Assembly (NCBI GenBank): GCA_046154185.1
Contig: JBJXGE010000068.1
Span: 5,178 to 69,177 of the forward strand
DNA length: 64,000 bases
From: Planctomycetota bacterium
GTDB taxonomy: Bacteria; Planctomycetota; UBA8108; UBA1146; JAJFFE01
Direction: 5' to 3'
Each line of letters begins with the position of its first letter. Positions within the stretch are counted from its first letter, which is position 1. Position numbers and translations under genes: made by a program. This document shows positions 9,601-17,883 of the stretch, in pieces. The notes under the pieces are model-generated. The model had not been told where the DNA came from. It did no database searches and worked only from the letters and a program-made list of their open reading frames with translations.

Positions 9601-11612
9601 CGCCGTATGTTTCCTGGCCGTGTGCGACCGACGGCGCGATCGTTGCTCCGCGGCCGCAGAATTTTTGGTGGCCGCTCGCGCTCGCGCTGGTGTTGCAGTT
9701 CGCCCTCTTGATCAGCTACGCGGGTTGTGATCCGCCCGCGCTCCTGGCCCACGATCACGCGCATATATTCGACAATTACTGGTACGGCATCGACGCGCGT
9801 GCGGCGCGGCTCGGCATCGAATCCGATGTTGCGCCGCGCTATTCGCAACCACTCATGACTGCGGCGTCGACGATGTTCTCCGTTGTTCTCGGACCGTGGG
9901 CGGGATCGCTGCGGTTTCTCGTGGGATTTGGCGGTCTCGTCGTCACGTTACTCGTCGCGCTCCTCGTTCGACGCACGCAAGGACATCACGCCGGTATCTT
10001 TGCGGCGTGGCTCCTGGCGCTGGATCCGGTTTGGAATGCTTACGCACGCTCGGTCGCGCCGGAGTTACTCGCCGCGGCCGGAGTCGTCGGAAGCGTTTGG
10101 CTCGCGGCGTCGCCGCGGCCTTGGCAGTGCGCGCTTGGCGTCGGTTTGGCGGTGACCGCCGGTGCGTTCCTTCACCCGGCGGCGTGGATCGTGTTGCCGG
10201 CGATGTTCTGGGACGGCTGGCGCCGACTCGTCGCGCTCGGCGCGCGCGCGGGCTGGGGGCCGTCGTTGTGCGCCAACGCGGAGCTCGTTGGCGTCGTGTG
10301 TGCGTTTGGCGCCGGTCTCGCGACGATCAGTCTCGCCAGTGGCGCAAGTCTGAGTGATCTCCCGCGCAATTGGCTCGAACTCGAAGCGCGCGTACCGCTC
10401 TTTTCTTCGTTTGGAATCTTGCTCGTGCTGGCTTGGGTGAGTGCGTTGTTCACGCTCGGCTTCAAGACCCGCACGGACGAATTCACCGCGGCCTTGCATC
10501 GACTTTCGACCGGGACACTCTGGGGCGGCATGGCGTTGATCGGCGCGAGTGGGACTGAATCGCTCGCCGCCTTCTTGGTGCTCGTGCCTTTTGCCGTGCT
10601 CGAGACGACGCGACTCCTCCAGCACAGCGTCGACTTCGCCGAAGCGACGCCGCGGCGTTGGCTCGACGTGCGTGGATTCGCGCTGCTCGGCGCTGCGCTC
10701 GTCGGGACGCTGTGGTGGTTGGAACAGTGGCGACTCGCGACCGGCGCGCGCTCCGATCCGAGTCTCTTCATCGCGCTCTTTGCTGCCGGCTTGATCACTA
10801 TTTCCGTGCTCGGCTTGCCATGGTTGGTGCCGCGTTGGCGATGGCAGAGCTCACTCGGGGGAGTGCTGGCGCTCGTATTTGTCGCGTGGGCGCCGGTGTG
10901 GGGCCGCGAGATGGGACGGGCGACGCACGATCTCGAGCACGCGAGTCGCCAGCTCACAGCCATCTTGTTGCCGAGCGCGCAGCTCTCGGGGCCGCTCGCC
11001 GCCGCGCTCAGCATCGCGAATGATCTGCCAGTCCTCGCGCATGCGATCGAGCCCGCCATGCCGAATGGCGAGGATCAGCGCGGCAGCCATGTCGTAGGCG
11101 GACCGGAAGAGCAACCGTTCCTCGCGACAAACCCACGCGACTACGAGTTCATCGAGGAGTTTCACGTGAGTGGGCGCGCGCTGCGACTCTATCGCCGCGT
11201 TCGCTCGCCCGCAGTGAGGAGTCTCTTCGAGTTGGGTGTCGCCGACCGGCGAGCCGGCGACCCAGCCAGTGCCGAAAACTACTTCTACGCGGTGCTGCGG
11301 ACGTGGCCGCGACTTGCGCCGGCCTGGTCGCAGCTCGGCGAGTGCTTGCGTGCGCAAGATCAGCGCATCTCCGCGTATCAGTGTTTTCTCAACGCGGTGC
11401 AGGACGATCCGGGCAGCGTGACGTCGCACGTCGCGTTGGCATCGCTCTACCTCGTCAGCGGATATCGCCGCGAAGCCCTCGATCATCTATACGCCGCACA
11501 ACGTGCCGATCCCGACAACCTCGACCTCGCTCGCGAATCGTTGCAGCTCGCGCGGGAACTCGGCGACGCGACGGAAAACCGGGTTGACCAGACGCCACGT
11601 CGCGACCGATGA
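9597..11612 (+). CDS. GT-C-like polytopic membrane protein with a C-terminal TPR domain
   Basis: The track ORF opens at 9408 inside the upstream gene. In-frame TTG 9597 forms a TTGA start/stop overlap. There are many TM helices and an early loop HIFDNYWYG. The C-terminal TPR block (AENYFYAVLRTWPRLAPAWSQLGECL...ALASLYLVSGYRREALDHLYAA) is clearly paralogous to the C-terminus of 17884-19863. Confidence 0.6.
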   Translation: MTPYVSWPCATDGAIVAPRPQNFWWPLALALVLQFALLISYAGCDPPALLAHDHAHIFDNYWYGIDARAARLGIESDVAPRYSQPLMTAASTMFSVVLGPWAGSLRFLVGFGGLVVTLLVALLVRRTQGHHAGIFAAWLLALDPVWNAYARSVAPELLAAAGVVGSVWLAASPRPWQCALGVGLAVTAGAFLHPAAWIVLPAMFWDGWRRLVALGARAGWGPSLCANAELVGVVCAFGAGLATISLASGASLSDLPRNWLELEARVPLFSSFGILLVLAWVSALFTLGFKTRTDEFTAALHRLSTGTLWGGMALIGASGTESLAAFLVLVPFAVLETTRLLQHSVDFAEATPRRWLDVRGFALLGAALVGTLWWLEQWRLATGARSDPSLFIALFAAGLITISVLGLPWLVPRWRWQSSLGGVLALVFVAWAPVWGREMGRATHDLEHASRQLTAILLPSAQLSGPLAAALSIANDLPVLAHAIEPAMPNGEDQRGSHVVGGPEEQPFLATNPRDYEFIEEFHVSGRALRLYRRVRSPAVRSLFELGVADRRAGDPASAENYFYAVLRTWPRLAPAWSQLGECLRAQDQRISAYQCFLNAVQDDPGSVTSHVALASLYLVSGYRREALDHLYAAQRADPDNLDLARESLQLARELGDATENRVDQTPRRDR

Positions 11613-11615
11613 CCA

Positions 11616-12443
11616 TCAACCGCCGAGTGCGCTCTTGATCAAAGCGGCGGCCGCCTGTCTGCGGACAGCGCCGTCGGCGTCATCGGTGGCGGCGCGTTCG
11701 AGCGCGGACTTCACGAGTGGGTCGTCGAGGTAGTCGTCGAGCGTCTCGGCTGCTTCTTCACGGACCCGGGCGTCCGCGTCGCTCCTGAGGAGCCCGATGA
11801 GCGGACCCTTGATGTCGCTCACTTTCACGCCATGCAAGTTGCGAACGATGAACGCGCGCATCTCGGCGTTGTCGGAGTCGCCGAGCCAAGCGAGCAGCTC
11901 GGCAGTCACCAAGCGGCGTTGCTCCTCGTCCAGTTCCGCTGCCTGACTGCGAAACTGCTTCGCGACGCGGATGCGATCGGCTTCGGGGCGCTCGCGATCG
12001 GCGAACACTTCCAGCATCTGCTCGGCGGTTGGCGGCGGAGTTACGGCGCCCGGTGGTTGCGACCTATTCGCGGCGAGTTGTTCCGTCAGAGTTTGCGCGA
12101 GTTCTTCGAGGAGCGCGAGTCGCTCGCCCAGTTCAGCTACATCTTCGGCTACTTTGCCCGCATCGACGCGCGACCCGTCGGACGGCTGAGCTCCATTCGT
12201 CGATGTTGCGGGGGCGTGGGACTCGACGCGTGCCAAGTTGCCGGCGGCCCGCAGTTCATTCACGACACGCTGCACCGCGTCGAGCGCCGCTTCGAGCTTG
12301 GCGATGCGATCGGCTTGGCCTGACAGCGACGATTGTAGTTGATCGATGGAAGGGTCGCGGGCGTTGTCACAACCGAGGAGCGTTGCAACCAACGCCGTGG
12401 CAGCCCAGCGAACGCGCAGGGAGCGGTGCGACAAGAGTTTCAT
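11616..12443 (-). CDS. Lipoprotein with a coiled-coil segment and HEAT/PBS-lyase-like repeats
   Basis: Signal peptide plus lipobox (ATALVATLLG|C). The middle of the protein is Ala/Glu/Leu-rich and heptad-like. The C-terminus carries HEAT-like repeats (LLRSDADARVREEAAETL, ATDDADGAVRRQAAAAL). Confidence 0.65.
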   Translation of the reverse strand: MKLLSHRSLRVRWAATALVATLLGCDNARDPSIDQLQSSLSGQADRIAKLEAALDAVQRVVNELRAAGNLARVESHAPATSTNGAQPSDGSRVDAGKVAEDVAELGERLALLEELAQTLTEQLAANRSQPPGAVTPPPTAEQMLEVFADRERPEADRIRVAKQFRSQAAELDEEQRRLVTAELLAWLGDSDNAEMRAFIVRNLHGVKVSDIKGPLIGLLRSDADARVREEAAETLDDYLDDPLVKSALERAATDDADGAVRRQAAAALIKSALGG

Positions 12444-12512
12444 GGCTGACCTCCGCGAGCATGATCGGCGCCCACTCGCACGAACGCAAGCGCACGCGTC
12501 TTGAGCGTGGGT

Positions 12513-15491
12513 TCAAATCTCGCTTTTTTTTGTGTGCGCGAGTTGGTGTAGGAGTGAACTCGCGCGTTTGCGGATGCGATCATCCTCGTGGCGTAGGAGC
12601 GGCTCGATCAAACAGCGCAACTTCGGCTCGGCCGACAAGATGCGCGGATCGATCTCGATGAGCAGCGAGAAGACCGCCGCCGTGCTGAGCAACGGCAGTC
12701 GTTGCGTCAGCGCGTCGCGCTGCTCTTCGTCGGATCGGAGCAGCCACCAGCGCGCGGCGATTCCGCGCACGAAGTAATCGTCGCTCTCGATGGCCTCAAG
12801 AAAGAGCGGCGCGAGGCGCTCGTCCTGGCTCTGGGTCGCGGAAATAGTTTTGAGCAACAAGCAGCGCACGCGCTCCTCGGGCTCGTCCTGTGCTTGGTCG
12901 ATGAGGCTGCGTAGCCATTCCGCTTGGCCAAGCGGATCGGCGCTGGAAGGCTTCAACTCGATGAACAACAACGTGCTCGCGAAGCGCTCGATCATCGTCA
13001 TCGGCCGGTGGGTCTCCGAGTTTCGCAACATTTCGGCCAGCGGCGCCAGGTTGTCGATCGTGCGCAGTTTGGTGCCAGCGGCGAGCGAGTACGCACGATG
13101 CAGAAGCCCTAATCGTTCGAGCGAGTCCGGCGTCCGCGTGGCCTGCTCGATGGCCGCTTGAAAGACACTCTTCGTGGCGACCTCCGTGCTCGAACTCGCG
13201 CTCCGGCTCGGGTGGACCGAGGTGCTGACCGCCGCCGATGCATAGCGCGCACCCGCACTGTGAATGACGCGCGTGACAGTGAGCTGCAAACCGAGAATGA
13301 CGAGCAGCAAACCCATGGTCGCGACATAGAGTTTTGTGCCGCGCTTGCGCCCGCCGAGAATTCCAGGTGTCGCCAAGAACAGTAAGACGAACGGAATGAC
13401 CAGTGGCACGAGCGGCGCCAGTCCGACGATCCAAGAAGTGTTGAGCACGACGGTCGGTGTGCCGTCCCAAATCGATTTGAAGAACGTTTCGATCTCGTCG
13501 GTGGCGAACGGGATCTCGAGGATCATGCCCTTCCAATCGGGCACGAGTCCGATGACGAACATTGCGACGGCCAGCAAGAGGAGTGGCAAGCAGGCGAGAA
13601 AGCCGAACACCGTGAGCACGCTGTATGGCTTCACGCGCGGCGTCGCTGGCGCCGCCGGTCCGCCGGCAAAGTCGACGGCACTTGTGCTCGCTGGCGTTGC
13701 CGTGATGGGTGTGAAGTGCGGTGCGGATGTCGCTACGGATGATGATTCTGCGGGACTCGCGGCGGCGCTCACCGCGGCAACCGCGGCCGCGGCGCCAGCG
13801 TGGGGCTGACCAGGTTGGCGATGCTTCGCCTTGTGTTGTTCTTGAATCCGCAGGATTCCTTCGTACGTTTGAAGCGCGGCGGCGCGCGCACTGTTCGCCG
13901 AACTCTTGAGGGCGGACGCGGCTTTGTCGAAGTTCCAAGGTTGGGTCGTGAAGATGCCACGCGGGGCGCCGAGGTTCGGCACAAAGTGGGGCTCAGCAAG
14001 ACTGTCGCGGAACAGCGTTTTGCGGTGGAAGAGCGCCACGAGAGTGCTGCTCGCCGTCAGCCCCACGAGAAACATCGCGGGTTCGCTATCGAGCGAGCGG
14101 TTCTCCGCGAGCACCACCGTCACGATTCCAAAGAGCAAGCCGGCCACGATCGGGAATCGGTACAAGAAATTCGAACGCGGCAAGACGGGACGTGGCAGAA
14201 TTCCGAACTGGACCAGCTTCCAGAGCCAAAACGGCACCGCGAGGCCGAGAAAGAAAAACAACGGATCGTCGCGCCGCGACGATCCCATCAAGAGAATCAG
14301 CAAGATACTCACGACCAAGAACTGAAATGACGTCGCCATGGTGAGCACACGTCCGAGTACCGTGGCCGGCGTTCGCACGGATCCGCTGCCGCCGCCGGTG
14401 GTCGGCGCGTGCCCATCCTTGATGCGTTGAATGTCGGTCGCGACCAAGCTTGCACGTTGATAACGGCGATCGCGATCCTTCTCGAGCACTTTCATCACGA
14501 CACCGTCCAGTCGCGCGTCGACCGTCGAACGTTCGGAAGGCAACGGAAAGCGCGCGATCGGCAACTCACCGGTCAGCATTTCGTAGAGCACGACGCCGAG
14601 CGAGTAGATGTCTGCGCGGTGGTCGATGTCGAGCCGACCCTCGCGCTGCTCGGGCGCCATGTAGTCGACCGTACCCATAACGACCTGCGTCTTGGTGATG
14701 CGCGACTCTTCGCGCGAAGCGTCGCCGATAATCCGCACGAGCCCGAAGTCCGCGATCATCGGCACGCCTTCTTTGGACAGCAGGATGTTCTCCGGCTTGA
14801 TGTCGCGGTGCACGATGTTCTTGCTGTGCGCGTACTCAAGCGCTCCGCACAAGTCGGGCACGAGTTGCAAGGCTTCCTTCGGCGTCATGCGGTGATCACT
14901 GATCACGTCGCGCAGGGACACGCCGTCGACGAATTCCATCACCAGGTAATAGTTTTCGTGATGCACGCCTTGATCGAAGACCGAGACGATGTTCGGGTGC
15001 GACAACTCGGCCAGCGCGCGGGCCTCGGCGCGAAAGCGGCTCGCGAACTCGGGGTCGTGGTTGAGCTCGCGGCGTAGCACTTTGAAAGCGACGGGTCTAT
15101 TGAGCGAAAGTTGCGCCGCGCGAAACACCACGCTCATGCCGCCCGAGCCGATGATCTGGTCGAGTCGGTAGCCGTTGATCGTGTCGCCGACGCGCAGGTC
15201 GGTCAGCTCTTCGGGGTTTCGCGAAATGCTCGAGCCCGCGGGAGGCTGCGCGGCGGACGTTTGCACGTCCGGTCCGGGCGATCTGGTCAGGGGCAGCGCC
15301 TGGGCCAGCGCAGCCTCCCGCTCGGGCTCGAACTCGACGTGCACCGGCTGATCCGGTGCCGCCGCCAGGGCGATGGTCTGTTTGTCGCGAAACGAAAAAG
15401 CCGCGCTGCAATAAGGGCACTCGAGCGAACTACCGGCTGAGTGACCCTCGACGCGAAACGTGCCTTGGCACTGTGGGCAATGAACTTTCAT
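12513..15491 (-). CDS. Ser/Thr protein kinase with an N-terminal zinc ribbon, a polytopic membrane region and a C-terminal HEAT-like domain
   Basis: Zinc ribbon CPQCQ...CPYC in the first 32 aa. Kinase motifs GSGGMSVVFRA, HRDIKPENILL, DFGLVR and MAPEQ. Several hydrophobic helices follow the kinase domain. The C-terminus is HEAT-like (ESDDYFVRGIAARWW, RHEDDRIRKRASSLL). Confidence 0.9.
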   Translation of the reverse strand: MKVHCPQCQGTFRVEGHSAGSSLECPYCSAAFSFRDKQTIALAAAPDQPVHVEFEPEREAALAQALPLTRSPGPDVQTSAAQPPAGSSISRNPEELTDLRVGDTINGYRLDQIIGSGGMSVVFRAAQLSLNRPVAFKVLRRELNHDPEFASRFRAEARALAELSHPNIVSVFDQGVHHENYYLVMEFVDGVSLRDVISDHRMTPKEALQLVPDLCGALEYAHSKNIVHRDIKPENILLSKEGVPMIADFGLVRIIGDASREESRITKTQVVMGTVDYMAPEQREGRLDIDHRADIYSLGVVLYEMLTGELPIARFPLPSERSTVDARLDGVVMKVLEKDRDRRYQRASLVATDIQRIKDGHAPTTGGGSGSVRTPATVLGRVLTMATSFQFLVVSILLILLMGSSRRDDPLFFFLGLAVPFWLWKLVQFGILPRPVLPRSNFLYRFPIVAGLLFGIVTVVLAENRSLDSEPAMFLVGLTASSTLVALFHRKTLFRDSLAEPHFVPNLGAPRGIFTTQPWNFDKAASALKSSANSARAAALQTYEGILRIQEQHKAKHRQPGQPHAGAAAAVAAVSAAASPAESSSVATSAPHFTPITATPASTSAVDFAGGPAAPATPRVKPYSVLTVFGFLACLPLLLLAVAMFVIGLVPDWKGMILEIPFATDEIETFFKSIWDGTPTVVLNTSWIVGLAPLVPLVIPFVLLFLATPGILGGRKRGTKLYVATMGLLLVILGLQLTVTRVIHSAGARYASAAVSTSVHPSRSASSSTEVATKSVFQAAIEQATRTPDSLERLGLLHRAYSLAAGTKLRTIDNLAPLAEMLRNSETHRPMTMIERFASTLLFIELKPSSADPLGQAEWLRSLIDQAQDEPEERVRCLLLKTISATQSQDERLAPLFLEAIESDDYFVRGIAARWWLLRSDEEQRDALTQRLPLLSTAAVFSLLIEIDPRILSAEPKLRCLIEPLLRHEDDRIRKRASSLLHQLAHTKKSEI

Positions 15492-15779
15492 CGCTCGCCT
15501 TCTTCGTTAAACCCCCGGACGCGCTGGCGGCGTTTCGCCGCCGCTCAAGTGAGCTTCCATGGAGTGGGAGGCCCAAACTCACCGCGAATGAGCGCCGACT
15601 CAGCAAAGCGGCAGCCGAACTTTCGCGGCGCCGAAAAGTTTTGCAAGTAGCAAATCTAGCTTGCCGTTAGATCGACTGCGTCGGGGCGTCTGGTCGGCCG
15701 TCCGAGGTCTCGCTGAACACTCTTTTCAAGCACGGCCGACGAAAATGTGCAACACCGACTGCGGCGCCACGCTCGCCAG

Positions 15780-17765
15780 TCACGGCCGGTCCGCATCGAT
15801 CCGATAGGTCTTGAGCTTGCGACGCAAGGTCGGCCACGCGATGCCGAGCAGTTCGGCGGCTTCGCCTTTTCGACCACCCGTGAAACGGAGGGCGGCGCGG
15901 ATCGCCTGTTCTTCCATCGCGTCGAGACTCTGCGGCCGAGCACCATCGGCGGCTGGCGCCGCGGCGCGCAAGCTACTTTGAGTGGAGAGTTGGAGGTCGT
16001 CGGGCTCGATCGACGAACTGCGCGTGACGACGACCGCCCGCTCGATCACATTGCGCAATTCCCGCACATTGCCCGGCCAACCATATGCCGTGAGCACTTC
16101 GCAGGCGACGGCGCTGAGTTCGAGTTCGGGCGCGCCGAGACGCGCGCACGCCTGTCGCAAGAAATGGCGAGCGAGCAGCACGATATCCGGCCGTCGCTCG
16201 CGAAGTGGGGGCGACGCGACGCGGAAGCGATTGAGCCGAAAGAACAAGTCCTCGCGAAACTCGCCGAGTGTGACTTTTTCGGCGAGGTCTCGATGCGTCG
16301 CCGACACGAGTAAGAGACTCACGGCGACGGGCGTGCCGCCCCCGACCCGAAAGAACTGTCCGGTCTCGAGGACGCGCAGTAACTTCGGCTGCAGCTCCAT
16401 CGGCAAGTCGCCGATCTCGTCGAGAAACAGCGTTCCCTCGTGTGCGAGTTCGAACAGCCCGGCCTTGCGGCCCGTCGCGCCGGTGAACGCGCCCTTCTCA
16501 TGACCGAAGAGTTCACTCTCGAGGAGTGCCGCCGGAATCGCGGCGCAGTTGATCGGCAGGAACGAGCCAGCGGCATAGGGGCCGCTGCGATGCGCGTGGA
16601 GCGCAAGCAGCTCTTTACCGGAGCCGGTCTCGCCGCAGACGAGCACGGGTCCGCCCGACGCCGCGAACCGCGCGAGATGTTGGAGCGTCTCGCGGAGTGC
16701 GGCACTTTCCGTCAGGATCTCCGAAGGTTGTGCTCGCTCTTTACTACGCAGCAAGCGTCGCGACTGCTGCAGACGTTCTGCGTTGCGGAGCGCCATGCCG
16801 GCGACCTTGCCGAGCGTCGCCGCGTACGCGAGGTCCTCTTCGTCGAAGGTGCGCGTCGAGGCACTGCCCTCCACGTAGAGGACGCCGTGCACGCGGTCGC
16901 GCGCCGCAATCGGCACAGCGATGATCGAAGCCACTCCGCGTTGGACAATGCTCTGGCGCGAGCGCGTGAGCGGGTCGGTTAGCGGATCGGAGACGCGCAG
17001 CGCGTTGCCTTCGTTCAAGACTTGCTGAACGATCGCGCGCGACACGCGCGCGTCGGATTCGCGTCCGTCCGGACTCGACATGACTTCGGTCCAGAGCGGT
17101 TCGCGCGAACGACTCGAGCACGGTACAACGGCGGCATGCTCGCTCTTCAACGCCGCGGCGCCCGCGAGGAGCAGCGTGCGGAAAATTCTTTCGCCGGCCT
17201 CCTCGCCTTGCACGTCGTCAACCATGCGCAGCAAGTGATTGAGTCTATCCCGGCGCGTCGTGTCCGAGACCAACTGCGCGCCGAGATCGACTTCGTCGAG
17301 CGGCAAGGAACTCTCGACCGTGTAGCTGGCATCGCTCTTGATGATCACGGTCTCGCGGCGCTGAAACCCCTCCATTTCGAGACGCATGTGGGTTTCGCCG
17401 ATGCGCACGCGATCGCCGCTGCGCAGGGCGCGTTTATCGATCTGCGCTTCGTTGACGAAAGTGCCGTTCGAAGAACCGAGGTCGGTGATCACGACGGCTT
17501 CATCGATCAACTCGATGAGGGCGTGGCGACGCGATGCGGCCTCATCCCACAACGGAACGTCGCACTCCTCGTGGCGGCCGAGGACGAGCTGTTGACCGCG
17601 TTCGATGCGAAAACGCCGCGTCTGACCGAGGTCGCGGCCTTCCAGAATGGTGAGCCGAATGTGCATAGTCCGTGCGAATCTCTCGTCTGGCGCGGGTAGT
17701 TCTAACCAAGTCGCGTCGATGGTGTTGGTCGCCAACAACATAGCGTCCGGTGAATCCGACACCAA
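15780..17765 (-). CDS. Sigma54-dependent transcriptional activator with FHA and GAF sensory domains
   Basis: FHA domain (LVLGRHEECDVPLWDEAASRRHALIEL...ITDLGSSNGTFVNE), a GAF-like middle, AAA+ Walker A GETGSGKE, ESELFGHEKGAFTGA, and a Fis-type HTH at the C-terminus. The start is uncertain: GTG 17765, or ATG 17666 (MHIRLTILEG). Confidence 0.88.
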   Translation of the reverse strand: MVSDSPDAMLLATNTIDATWLELPAPDERFARTMHIRLTILEGRDLGQTRRFRIERGQQLVLGRHEECDVPLWDEAASRRHALIELIDEAVVITDLGSSNGTFVNEAQIDKRALRSGDRVRIGETHMRLEMEGFQRRETVIIKSDASYTVESSLPLDEVDLGAQLVSDTTRRDRLNHLLRMVDDVQGEEAGERIFRTLLLAGAAALKSEHAAVVPCSSRSREPLWTEVMSSPDGRESDARVSRAIVQQVLNEGNALRVSDPLTDPLTRSRQSIVQRGVASIIAVPIAARDRVHGVLYVEGSASTRTFDEEDLAYAATLGKVAGMALRNAERLQQSRRLLRSKERAQPSEILTESAALRETLQHLARFAASGGPVLVCGETGSGKELLALHAHRSGPYAAGSFLPINCAAIPAALLESELFGHEKGAFTGATGRKAGLFELAHEGTLFLDEIGDLPMELQPKLLRVLETGQFFRVGGGTPVAVSLLLVSATHRDLAEKVTLGEFREDLFFRLNRFRVASPPLRERRPDIVLLARHFLRQACARLGAPELELSAVACEVLTAYGWPGNVRELRNVIERAVVVTRSSSIEPDDLQLSTQSSLRAAAPAADGARPQSLDAMEEQAIRAALRFTGGRKGEAAELLGIAWPTLRRKLKTYRIDADRP

Positions 17766-17883
17766 GGGATGTCCCTTGGCCGGCGTCCGAAATGTCTTTG
17801 TAAGCTGAGTGGTCGCCGAAGCCGATATCCGAAGAGCGGCCGTTGCGTCACCACTCTAGAATCCAGCCCGAGGAAGTCGTTGC

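Noticed and set aside
15636-15666. Imperfect palindrome / GGCAAG...TTTGCT string upstream of the Ser/Thr kinase gene
   Set aside because: I checked it as a minus-strand sigma54 promoter, but the GG-GC distance is 14 nt, not 12. As a hairpin it has only a 5-bp stem.
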